A program made the position numbers and the translations under genes. The notes beneath the pieces were generated by a model. The model was given only the letters and a program-made list of their open reading frames with translations, was not told where the DNA came from and made no database searches. Of a stretch of DNA of 64,000 bases, positions 25,301-38,036 are shown in pieces (position 1 is the first letter of the stretch; each line of letters starts with the position of its first letter). The stretch spans positions 434,001 through 498,000 of the forward strand of contig OZ237735.1 of the NCBI GenBank assembly GCA_965178125.1, in the 5' to 3' direction. This stretch comes from Bilabrum cf. latius (Eukaryota).

Positions 25301-28300
25301 CTCCCAAGCAGCAATGACAGGGTCTGATGACATCTATGCTGATCAAACTCCAGTCCCGAATCATGCCATGCAGTCTATACGCCGCCTAGCTGGGCTCACG
25401 CTTAGCAATCTTCACGGCTTCCAAGGCATGGTCCTGTCACAAGCAGTCAGGTTCTTGTGCGCAATACCCGCTTCTACAGCAAGCACAGGCACGGTAGTGG
25501 CTGCAATGAAGGCTTTGCTGAGTGGGGGGGCATCGCAAGCAGCAGAGCACCCTGATCTCGTTGTCGCTGCGATCGATTCCCTTGAGGCCAGGCTTGCAAC
25601 AAGGGATGGCCTTGCTGATGCTGACCTTGCATTACTGTTGCCTGTACTGCTACAGCTATTGGATGCTGATGACGGCCCAGTGTTCGGCCTGGAGCAGCTG
25701 GTAACCGAGCGTATGGCAGCACGCCTAAGCAGTGCAGCAGCCTCTCCATCCGCTGCCGATGATCTCACTACTGGGGTGAGGAACTTGCTGTCAAGCCGCG
25801 TAGCAGCACCATATTTAAGGCGCTTCTAGTCCAACGAAAGCGTCCGTGTACACGACGCTCAGCTTCGTCTTGTATCATTCATTGGAAGGCTAGGCCCACG
25901 CGCCATGGAGTGCATTCCGAGTGCCACTGGTGCTCTGGTGCAAGAAAGCTTCTGGACCGCAGCTAGTGTTGGCTCTCAGGTTGTGGTACGGGCCAACGTC
26001 CCGGTCGATGATTTCATCGAAGTAGACATTTTGCGGCTCGTTCCGCGTCTTAGTGAAATAGCTCGCACTGGCGGCAGTAAGCAATCTAGAGTATCCGCGT
26101 TGGAGGCTTTGCATGCCAGCTTCATGATTATCATTGGGCAACCTTCAGTACAGGCCGCAGTTCTGTCCAAAGTCTTTGAAGCCTCGCTGGAGCTCGCCTC
26201 AGGATCCGATCCTATCGCAGCTCAAGTGTTTCAACCCCTCCTGCACTAGCTGGTTCGCTTGCTTCACTCCTAGCGGCATGAACCGGAGAAACGCAAAGCC
26301 ATTGCGCAATGCTGGGACTGCTGCGAGCAAGGCATGCTGCACCATGCATCTGCGTGCAGGTCGCTATCATCCTAGATTTTGTTGGAGTCCGGGGCAATGC
26401 TCCTGCAGCTCGAGCTGCCTGCTCAAGTCGATTCGAAGTTTGCTGCAAACTACAACAGTTCGTGGCAGCATCCTGCAGACGAGTTGGTTGATGATGATGC
26501 AAGTAAGGCAAGTGACATGAGCGACCACCCGTTGGACAGCTGGTTCATTCGAATTGATCGGGTGTTTCGGTCCCCAAGTCAATTTGCCAAAGCGTCTGCC
26601 GCGACCTGCCTTCACGGTTTGCTGTCCAGAGGCATGCAATGCCCACACAAGCTCAGCGCGTTGTACTAGTCCATCATAGTCATGGTCTTCAGGGCCTCTT
26701 TGGATCTGCATGGCGAGCATGACGGTACAAGCACGGCTGGTCGTCTAGTAGCGTCTGCATTAGATCGCGCTCGCATTGCGACGGTTCGCTGCATCGCCAG
26801 GCTAGGTCAGGCTTTCGGCCGAGAAGCTCCCAATCACAAAGAGGGCCTTGAATCAGGCAGCTTAGAGGCCCTACTGAACCCATCATTCGTCTTGCATGTG
26901 CTTCGTCTGGGTATCGATTCATCAGCCCCAGCTGCAAGCAAGATGCTAATCCTTGGTGTTGGGTTGGCTGCAATCGACGAGACCGCCAGCTCGGGCAGTG
27001 ATAGACGAACAATGGCAACCCTTGTAGCTGGTTTACAGCGTAAATCTGTTCCGATAGAAACGTTGTCGAAGTGCGGCAAGCTGCTGCAGTCTTGGGCTAG
27101 TAGGCACAACATGTCAGCTAGCCTTACTCCTGCTGTCGTTGTGCGATCGCTTGTTGCGATAGATGCCGATTCTGACGAAAGCTCGCATAGCAAGCTAGCC
27201 TCTACTGGGATTCGGCTGGCTAGTTTGCGTTCTCTAGTTCGAACATGCGTGGTGTCTGCCCACGAAGCCTACTCATCATTGTTTGGCACCGATCCTGCGT
27301 CAAGCTCTGGCAACGACATGATGGGGGCCATTGCAGATTTTGCGAAAGCTGCTAGCAAGGCTATTGGTGGTGATCGAGGCGAGTTTTAGAATGTGACTGT
27401 CGAAGATGCTGTTCGTGTCGTCAATGAACTCCAGATGCTCCTCCTAGCCGGCCTGAAGGCACTACCGAACAGTGTGCCGGCAGCATCTTCACCATCATCA
27501 GGCGAAGTTGCGGGCGGACTCGGAGACTTGTTCGGAAGGCTGCTTCAGGTACTCGGATCCTCTGTGTTTGTAGCCATATTGATCAATCCGGTTGACCTTG
27601 TCTCGGCGTGTTGTAGTTCACGGCAGCCTCGAGCTCAGCAGGCCGTTCTGTGGCATGAGTCTCGTCTGCTCATGGAGCGCCTCGACGCCGCATGGCGCAG
27701 CCCAGCGCTTGAGAAATGCTTGAGCTCGCTTGATAGAGAGTCCGTCAAGGGAAAAGCCGTTCTGTTGCACGAGATAACGAGATCAGTCGGATCCATGGGG
27801 TTGTGGGAATCAGTCGTGTGCGCATCGACCATTGCAGGGCCAGCCTCGAATCAGGGCAACGCTCTGCTCCTCCTTGTGAGGCTGGCCGTCGCTTCAAAGA
27901 ATAGCTTCATGCTGAAAGGTCTTTTGCCGTGCATATCGGAGCTGTCAGATCCAGGGAGTGCATGGGTGGAGATTCTGTACGAGGACAGGCTTGGGGAGGC
28001 TCTCCTGGCCAGCGAGGGCACACTGCTATTCTCCGAGTTTGACGCGACGCGGGACCCCAGGCGCCACTGTACTCGACTTTTACTTGGCGCTCTCACCACC
28101 CAGCAGGGAAGTAGGAGTATTTCAGGCGCTACATAGCCAGTGATTCGTTTCCTCCTTGCCGACGGCACGCAGGCTGACAAGCGGGTCCACGAAGCTTTGA
28201 GTCGCATTTCGCTGTTTGCCCCTATTCTCAGCTGGGTTTTGCTGGCAAGCGAGAGCTGGCAATGGATGTGCAATGATTTCAAGAAGCGCATTGAATCGTC

Positions 28301-31300
28301 GGATGTGGACGACAAAGCGGCATTTGGTATCGGAAGGATCCTGTGCACGATGCTCTCGATGCTCTCGATAGCTGCTGAACGGTAGGGCTCTGGATCTGCT
28401 AGCCCTTCTGCAGATGTCATCCGCAGCAGCATTACCTAGGGTTTAGACAGCTTAAAATTGGCAGAAAGAATAAGGTCCACCATACAGGGGTTTGGTGATA
28501 GTCAGGCCGGGCTGCCAATTTGCCCGGCGTAGGAGAGGGCCGATCATGCCCTGCCGGTTGTGGCTGCCTTGTTCAATCGTGCCAAGCTATCAGACAGTGG
28601 TTGCACACCGGCAGCATCACTTGTAATGATTGATTTTTTGGAGAGCACAATCAGAGCTCACCAGGACGGGGTGCCCTCTTCCTCGAGTATGTCGGTGCTA
28701 TCAGCACGTCAAGACGCTGCCCAGCTTGCAGTCGAGGTTTTTGAGTGGTTGTCAACCAGAAGCTCGTCTGGTGGCTGGTCTCAGGAAGAGGCGCGAGACA
28801 TCTAGCTTGGCTCCATGCAGCGATTGGCGGCTTTTGGGCTTCCTAGCGTGTACCAAGACTCTTTTATCCCGCTTCACCTGCTTGAAGTAGCGCCTGGCTC
28901 GCTGCAGGACACATACAAACAACTAGCTGTTAGGGTGTTGACCTGCATTGAAAGCGGCGTAGTATCGCGGTACTGGCCCATATCATGGGATGCTATCGGT
29001 GACCAGTTGTCAGGGCAACAAATGCATGCTCTCCAGGTTTCCTCGCACGCGGTGATCAGAGTGTTTGCAGACTCGGGCTGCATTGGCTTGCTACGGCCAG
29101 CTATCATGGGCAGATTGTTTGAGGCCCAGTCTTCTTCTTCGTCGTAGCCGCCTAGTATCGATATTGCCCTGTCTTTGGACGTTGCGCTGCGTATGGTGGG
29201 GAGACGCGCGCATGCAACGCCCAGCTTGCGCGAGTGTTTGCTGGCATGTGCCTTTGGAGGCGCGGGCGCAGCATCTTCAAGCCGGAAGCACTTTCGAAGT
29301 ATCGTAGAAGAATTGTTTGAGTCAGCTTTCGGCTCTTCTCAAACTTCACTCGCTTTGATTTCGCAATCAATGGTTCTGCCCTTTTTGCAGTCAATGCAGC
29401 CGAAAGAGCTGGTTGCTAGTTTTGGCGAGATGAACGGGATCCTCCAGAAATCAATCGCGTATGCTGCCACCGAGTGCATTGCAGGTGATATTGACCTTTA
29501 GCCCTAGGACAGCTCTGATGCAGAATGGTTGCAGGGGCACAAGGTGCGAATTTCATTCGCCTTGCTTGCAGTGTTGTTCGACCGAGTTCCCAAAGAAGTG
29601 ATCGACTCGTCTATCCAGCCGAAGCTGTTCATCCCTGGCTAGAAACTGGTGAAAACCATACGTGATTGTGCGCTGAAGCTGCTCCGAGAAGCATCATCAA
29701 TTCCTCTAGATGATAGCACTGGGGCCACTGGCAGCTCCTCGGAGGCGACGAGCAATATCATGAGTGGCATACTGGAGGCCGCCATCCTATGCTGGAGCCG
29801 TGCTGTCGGGCAGACCCAGTCGCAGTCCAAATGGCTCGCCCAGGTGTTCTGCAAGATTCCGGATGCGCTGGCACTCTGTTGCAGAATCCCGAGGCGCGAA
29901 GGACCCAGGTATCTATCTGATCCGTCGCTGTAGCTTCCCGAAGTGGTAGTATCCTCGAGCTCGTCGGTCCTCTCGCTCCCACCACTCCCGTCTGTAGTGC
30001 AGGGCAACGCCAGGCTAGCGCTTGGATCGATTTCGCTGAATGACGTGGAGAACTTGAATGCATGGAGCAGTGAAAAGCCGAGGGATGATTTTGCAGTAGC
30101 CGCAGCCAGTACTGCTGACCATGCCGAATTTGGCAGGCATATGCAGCGAAGCAAAGGTGTAGCAGACGTGACGCAGGCTCTAGGGCTTGGTACTCAGGCC
30201 GATGATGCATTGGATTCCGCTGACTCGTCTTAGAAGTCGACTTCGCAGACCAGTGCGACCGCCTCTTCATCGCAATATGGCAGCGATTCAAGGCCGCAAT
30301 CGGAAGGCCTGACTTCTGCTGTGGACGCTGAGCATGGATCGGTCTTCGAGGCGGTAGAATTGGACCCTGACTCATCCCATACAGTGTATTTTGCTCTGCT
30401 AAAATTGGTTGATGTTCTTATTGAAGAGTTTTCAGTCTCTGCCGAGCGACGAGGGGGTCCGTAGAGCGCTTTGCGTGATGGCGAGGAGCCTCGATGGGTG
30501 CACTACCTTGCCAGCATAATCGAAAACACCAAGCTGCCTCTGGCTGCTAGGACTGTCGCAGCACGGTTAGTCATGTCTAGAAGCGTGGCGTTGAAACCAT
30601 TCTGGTCCAGGCTGCTCGTCCCAGTGTTGTGCGTGGCAGCCGAGACTCTGCCGGCACCTCGCATGCACTCGAGCGACGCTGAAGTGCAGCGTGCCGCGGA
30701 TGCTGCTAGAGAATATAAACAACATTAGTTTGGGGTTGGAATCCACCATTTCGCTCGGGATGCTGCCGAGCTGCTGCTAGAGTGGAGCCCCGTTGATCTC
30801 TCGAAGTGCAGATGCCCTTGTGTGCCTGCCTCGAGCGATGCAGTTCCGGCCGCAGATGGTTCCTCGAATGTGCAGCAAGCAGTGTCAACATTTATAAATC
30901 GATGTATTGGGGCAGCTTTGTCTTCAAATTCGATTGTGTATCGATCGAACAAGCGTCTTGTGCTCGCATTGATTGAGACAGTCGCAAGCCCGCAGGGCCT
31001 ATACGATCAATAGATCGGGACTGCGGCTTCATACTCCCCTCCGATTCTTCAGCTGGAATTGAACCCACTGTGCCTTGCGATTGTATCGCAAGATACTTTA
31101 CTCAACCGTGGAGCCTAGCTGTCCATGCAAGATACTGCTGCGGCCCTTGCAATTGAGTGCATGCTGACGGCGGCAACACATGGGATTACTCTCCATGATG
31201 GTACTACAGCCAGCGGGATGGATTGGAAGCTGTTCTAGCGATCGTTCCTACTAAACGCTATACCTGCTCCCACGAAGAGTATTCGTGTTCCATCTGGCAA

Positions 31301-34300
31301 GGTGCTGCGACGTACGAAGCGCGACAGGGTTGTGCTGCTTGCGTACAGCCTGCTTGGGGTGTTGCATGCCAGACGAGACGAGCGCTTAGTTCCAGAGTTT
31401 GATATCAAGCCAGTGATTGCACTGCTGCGACAACATACCCTTGGGACTGCTACGTACGCTCCGGTGCTGTTCTTGCGCGGCCTGACTGGTCTTGCCCGCC
31501 AAGACCCCGGAGTTGTATCTGGAGACCTTCTTGACACTGTACTCCGACTTGGTGTGTCTTCTAGCGTCAAGAGTAAGAAGCAATCGGCGGCTGCGATGCG
31601 TACTGCTGAAGCATGCCTTGATTGCTTGCTTGCAGTATCTCGGGGCAGCGATCTGATCTTGTCGCCGTCTCATGCTGTTCAATTCGTGAGAGTTTTGGCC
31701 GCCTGCCTCGGCAGCTCCTCGACTTCAGTAGTCCGATTGGCCTTGAATGCAGCTTTGAATGTCCAAAATCAGCTGCCTGGCAGTGTTCTAGTTCGACTGC
31801 TGGGCAGCAAAGCTTCGGTTGTGATCCCGAAATAGTTCGAAGAGGCAATGGCAGTCTCTCGTGGTGTCTCCGTGTTGGCCCGTGCGCAGGAATCGAAGGA
31901 GACCTCGAGTGCAGTCTTGTCCTTGCTCGCTGGTTTGCTACACTCGCATGAAGATTTGCAGACTTCCGTTTTGTCAACGACTAGCGGGAGCATTGGAGAA
32001 ATGCTCAAATCTCAGGATAAGGAAACGCGCGGTCGAGGCACGCGGGAGGCCCTGGTGTTAGCCAACAAGTCGTGTGAGGATGGGGGTGACAGAGAATCGG
32101 AGCGACGGAGGCTGCGGGGGGTCGCGCTGTAGTACTTTTATGCTGCAGCTTTTGCCTACCCTGAGACCTGGACCGACGTAGAGCTCGCAGACAGCTCCTC
32201 TGTGAGGTCGCAATTGCTGCGCCAGATCCAGCCGGGGGGACACTTGGTGCTTCCCAGCTTCCCAGCTAGTGTCGTCACGATGCTCTCTGACTTCCTACCG
32301 GTCGCATCTGTAGGCTCGAAGTTCAGCGAAGTGAAGCAGGCGGCCGACTCTCAGACGTACTGGCAGCGGTGCTGTGCTGCTGCAGTTGCTGTCTCGGCCT
32401 GCAACACCGAGTCGAATTCCAGCGCAATTCACCACTCTTTAGCTGGCGGTGACGAAGGTGAGAGCTACCGCGTGGATGTCAGTCTATCTCAGACTGCTGC
32501 AAGCGTCTTTGAGGGCGATGATGGGGCACCATCCTCGGCCAAGTCCTTGGATCCTGCCGCGATTGCGTCGTTGCTGCCTCAAGGAACGGTTGGTACTAGA
32601 TCAGGCAGTATCGCCACGCTATGCTCGCAGGGAATGCAGGATGTTGTCCCAGTCTATGAAATGTCACAGTGGTTGGGCCCTTCTGTAGACCCAGAAATTG
32701 CCACGCAGATGCTGCAGAATGTGTTCGCCTCGGTAGGTCTCAGCCAAGACGATGACGCCGGAGAGTCGCCAGCTGCTACCTCGTCCAGCATGCACGCAGC
32801 ATACGGCCAATCAGTAGCAGCGACGACCCAGGCTTACACGTCCGCACCGCTCTTTCGTATATCGACGCAGAGCGAGAAGGGTGAGGCGAGGCCTCAGGGG
32901 CGCTCGAAGCAGGTCGATCCTGAACTCGCAGTGCCTCGAAGGGTTGCTCGGCACTTGTGGAAAGATCACCTGAAATCGAGCTTCACGTACTCCAAACGGG
33001 AGAGATAGGCGGACGCCTCAAATGCTTTGCGATCTCAATCCGGAAAGGAGGTTCGCGTTCACAGAGCGTACCGAAGGGGCGCCATGCCGGATGTATCCGT
33101 GTCTGCTGCTGACCTCATGAAGCCCCTTGCGGTACTTGCTAGCTGCAACGATTCGATTGCTTCCGAGCTTTTCAGCTGTGCCATGCATCGACTTAGTCAA
33201 GGACACCGAGAGTCCATCTCGGCCGCGGGGTAGCGAGGTCCTGGATCTGCTTCCAGACCGGCAGATATCCACTCCGTCATAGATTGCATCAGCAGCGCGG
33301 TCAGCAAGGTATCGGGTGGTGGATCAGCTGCTTCACTGGCGCTGGTGCGCTCCCTCGATACAGCGTGCAGCATGGACCGCACTTCCATGCACCCTTGGAA
33401 GTCTGAGTCGATTGCGATGGAGCCATCAACGCTGGTGGCCGTGACGGATTCCGGCAGACCCTCCGCTGCAGCAGCTGCCCTACTGCTAGAAGACATGTTG
33501 ATCCAGGCGAGCGCCTTACGCGGCGGAATTTCTGGTCCGTCTCAATCCTCTCCTCCACGGAAGCGACGCAGTCGTGGGACTTCGTCTACCGCCGCATCAA
33601 GTCTTGCAGGCAGTGCTGCTCAGCAGCTCAACCCCCCCAGACCAGAAGACGAGCAATCGGCATGGCTGTCGCTAGTTGAGATGTACGACCGAATCGATGA
33701 GGACTCGCTGTTAGCAATCGGCATCAGCGACACCGTCCCTGAGTCTATGCAGGTGGCAGCGACCATGGAATGCAAGAGAGAATTGCACGGTGCGCTCAAA
33801 CAGTACGGATAGGCTGTCATGGTTTCAGCGCCCATGGAAAGTGGGTTGGATTCCAAGGAGGAAGATGACCTAGATCCATCGAGCACATCTACCTCAATGG
33901 ACGATTCAGCCGTTCAAGATCCAGCAGTGGGGGGCGTGAAGCTTGACCCAGAGAGCTCACGACACTTTGCACTGCTCCGGTAGAAACGCGCTTGCGAACA
34001 ACTTGGCAAATGGAAGGAGCTGAACCAGCTCTCCGAGGGGGGCCGAGGCCCGCAAGGGGCGGCGTATTCGCTGCACGAGCGAGAGGCGGTGTCGTCATGG
34101 AGCAGCCTTGTAGAGAACGAAAGCGAATCGCCCGGTTCGTCGAAAAGTTTGCAGAGCAGCCTGCTTTCGATATATGCTTCAAGCGTACACTCGAGTGACG
34201 AGTGGACGCTCCCACGTGCTGCAAAATGCATTGTGCGAGGGGACAGAGTGACGGCCAGTAAACTGCTGGAGCTGGGGGTGATGCGCAGCTTGTAGGCGTG

Positions 34301-37300
34301 GCGCGAAGGGTCGGCGTTTGACCCTCACAGCAGGAGGAGCGGGATTTTGTCCATGTGGCACTGCAGCGAGATAGCGGAGAGAATCAGCTCCCTGGTCCTG
34401 GATGACACCCAAGAGTCTTTCCGAGCCTCGCTTTCGCAGCAGCTATCCCGCTCACTCCTGGACGCGCCAGACGGTGATCTATTTTCGATTCACAAGACTG
34501 TTGCATTGCGAGGCGCCCTATTTTCTCGGCATGCTTTCGATTGCCTGCCCCGTACTGTGTCTGCTTCCCCGGCTGTGCTGGACATGGCTGCAGCAAGCCA
34601 GGTGTCTGCGCGATCCTCTGCAACTGTAGCATGCATTCGCACAGGGCAGTTCAAGGCCGCACTGAAAATGTGCAAGTCTGCAATTTCACAGTAGTTCCCA
34701 GCCTCTGGACTTCGGGGAGGGCAAGTGATCCTAAGAGCTAGTTCTCCGGCCGCTATCGCGCTCATCGATTCTGCCTAGCTTCAATCAAGGCTACAGAAGC
34801 TCTCCGCCGAGTCTAATCCGGCTCGCGTTGCCGATTTGCTGGAGAAAGCGAATTAGTTGACTGGTAGGATGGCCAAGCAGCTGATCCGAAGTGACGGTGC
34901 ATTGCGAGATGCAGCTACTCAAGTGATTGGCATGCTTCGGCATCAACTGGGTGCTGCTGCATTGGAAGCGCCGTGCGTTCAGGATGGCCTTGGTGGCGAG
35001 CGAGTAGACGAAGCTGTGGTGGCTAGCCTGCGCAGCGGACTCATGGCTGCTCTGTAGGCGGATGCATCTGCGGTCCAAGACGAAGAAGTGCTGGATGCAG
35101 TAGACTTGCTGCTGGACCAAGGTATGTCATTAGGGCCGGGAGGGCCATCTGGATTGCTTCATGCAATCGCTGGCGAGGCGCCGAGCACAGCTGCCTCGAT
35201 GAACGTTTCACGTCTCCGCCGGACCAAGTATCTGCTCTCCTTTTCTAGATTTTCTGCCGGCTTGATCCGGACCCAAGTTGATGCAGAGGCTGGCGTCATT
35301 GGCATGAACAGCGATACTATCCCGCATGCGCTTTCTGCTTTGCCGTCGACTGGGCGCGGTGGCCTTGAGTCGTTAATATAGCTGCACGCATCTGCCGTGC
35401 TCGAGGCCATGCAGCTAGGCAGTAGCCATGCCTCGGCGCTGTTTCCATCCGTACTTGCATTCTCTCATCAATTCTGCAGCATAGCCGTTGTAGATAATAT
35501 GACAAAGGGACTCAAGGTATTGTCGCCAGATATGTTGCAGGCTTGGACGCCATAGCTAGTCGCGTTCGCTGGCGCCGCTTGCGAGGCCTCGCTCGCAATG
35601 CCGCCAGGGAATGTTGATGAGGCTGAAGCTGCCATGTCTCTGGCTCGTGGGCTCGTATCGGCCCTAGAATCAGTCGGTGCTGTATCGGCGCAGAGGGTTG
35701 CCGTGCACCTTCGCTGCCAGGCCCTGGACAACAAGGACGAGGAGCTGTCTGAGGCTAGCAACTAGCTAGAAGCCAGCAGTGATTCCGTAGGAGCAAGTCG
35801 GTCTGCTGCATCTCAGCTAGCTGGGTCAAAGCGGAAGCATCCAGATGCTAGGAATGCGAGCTTGCAATCGAAGAGCTCACGAGGCAGCCATGGCGACAGA
35901 CTGTCCAAGCGGTCGAGAACGGCGGGATCAGCTTCTTCGTCGTCCGGATCTGGCCGAGCAGGCGAAATGGCAGCTGGCTCAGCTGCAGTGAGCCTAGAAA
36001 CCAAACGGGCAGCATTTACGAGTTTGTTTGGTCCGCTGCAGGCCCGTGTTCGGTCCCCTGTCTTGGATCGCTTCTTCACGGCCGTGGAGGACCTGCAGTC
36101 CCCCTACTTGCGGGTTGTGGACTGGGTCAAGGCAACCCTGAAGGCTGCGAAGGGGTTGAGCCCGGCTGTCCGCAAGATGTTTATCCAAGACCAGTGGGAG
36201 CAGTTCCTGCCGTGGGTCATTCGCAGCCAGGACCGCAGCTCTCCTGCGGCAGTGCGGTCCACAGTCGCAAGCACGGACTTTAAAGCAGTCCTGCGGAACG
36301 CAGCTCGGGGGCGAAGCAGCCAGGCACCTACTTTTGAGGATCTGCAGCAATGGTATTAGAAATTGAAGGGTGTGAACCCAGGTGCTGCCCACAGCAAGAC
36401 AACAGATCTTCGCAGCCTGTCGCCGTGGCTGTCGGAGTACAGATCTACTGCATTCCCACTGTCCGATCGGATCGAGATGCCCACTCTGTGGGCGAGCGCG
36501 GCCAGGAAGGACGAAAGCTCTGCAACTGAAAACAACCATCGGGTTCACATCAGTAGCTTTGCACCAGCAGTGCTTGTTCTGAAGAGTCTGCGTGTGCCTC
36601 GGCGACTGACTGTGTTCGGCAGCGATGACCGCACGCACCGCTTTTTGGCCAAGGCAGGCGAGGACATTCGGCTCGACGATCGTATCACCGGTATGCTTGA
36701 GACTTGCAACCGACTGGCCGCCAGGCTACCTGCCTCCAGACAAAGAGGTCTCTTTGTGCAGACGTACGCAGCAGTCCCAACCTCGCCCAGCTCTGGGCTC
36801 ATTGAGTGGGTGGACGGCACCACCACGCTCATGGAGGTGCTCGCTTCCAATGCTAATATTCAGGGCTGGCATGCCATTGCGAATGACCCGGATGCAAGCG
36901 CAATGGCCAATTCAATTAAAAACACGACGAGATACCCGTAGCTGTACATGACGCCGCACGCTTCAAACCCTCGTGTAGAAGCTGCCCACGATACTGCTGT
37001 GTAGCTGACTGCGGCAGGATCAATCCGGTAGACCATATGCGACCAGTCTTCGTCCCCTGCATCCTTCTTTGCACGACGGAACCTGTTTGTGCGGAGCTTT
37101 TCGGCGACGTCTGCGGCCACGTACTTGCTCGGACTAGGCGACAGGCACCTAGAGAACTTCCTGATTCGAAGCGATACCATGGCGGTGTTTCCGATCGACT
37201 TTGGCGCAGCATTTGGGCTAGCCCGTTGCCTCCCCGTTCCAGAGCTGATCCCTATTCGGTGCAGTCCTTGCATTAGGCGCGTGACAGGGCCAGTGGACGG

Positions 37301-37838
37301 CAGGTTTCATGTTCACGTCAATCTGAACCATGCCTTTGAGGCACTCCTGGGCCTCGATGGACGAGGAGAACTGTCTTCGATGCTTGAAGTCTTTGTTGCA
37401 GAGCCAATCACGGAGTGGTAGAATGCTGTAGTCGCAGCACATGGCAATGGTGCGTCGACTGGCTCTCCTGCTGACCCTGCCCATCAATCCGAGGCTGGGG
37501 CTGTTGGGTTCAGCTCTGAGTCTGCTGCGCGCAAGGTTGCAATCGCTCGGCTCCGATTGAACAAAGCGCATCCAGCCAGTGTGCAGGCTCAAGAGCTCCA
37601 GATGAACAAACTCTTGCCGGATACAGTCAAATCTGCGATGTCGACGTTCATGCAAGCTGCCGGTGGCATGGACGCGGAGCCCAGCGGCGCAGGGCGTTCT
37701 GACTCTGAGAAGTCGAGCGAAAGCGGTGGAAATGCGGTATTAAGCAGTAGCTTTGACTTGGCCGCGGCAATTCTCTCCATGTCGACGGACTCAAGCATCT
37801 GCTCTCGACAGTGGCACGGCCTGTGTCTGCATGTTTGA
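22310..37838 (+). CDS. PRKDC: DNA-dependent protein kinase catalytic subunit, about 5138 aa; single intron 23083-23194
   Basis: Kinase motifs SLRVPRRLTVFGSDDRTHRFLAKAGEDIRLD, GLIEW, LGLGDRHLEN, IDFG, LPVPELIP; DNA-PK-type VHRAYRRGAMPDV; FATC-like end. About 29 ORF fragments from 23625 to 37557 share one frame; every fragment end and gap I read contained only TAG. Confidence 0.9.
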
Positions 37839-38036
37839 CCCGATCGCCTGCGACTGACTTTGATACATAAACGTTTTGAATGTATTTTTTAAAAATTGAT
37901 ATGGGTATTGACTGCTTTGTCGTAAATTTAAGAATTGAATTAGTCTATTGCGACCGAACCCAGATTAGGATCGGATCAAAGCAGATTCCCCACACTCCGA
38001 TGAACCGAGCACAAACCACCTCACATAGCTTGAATC

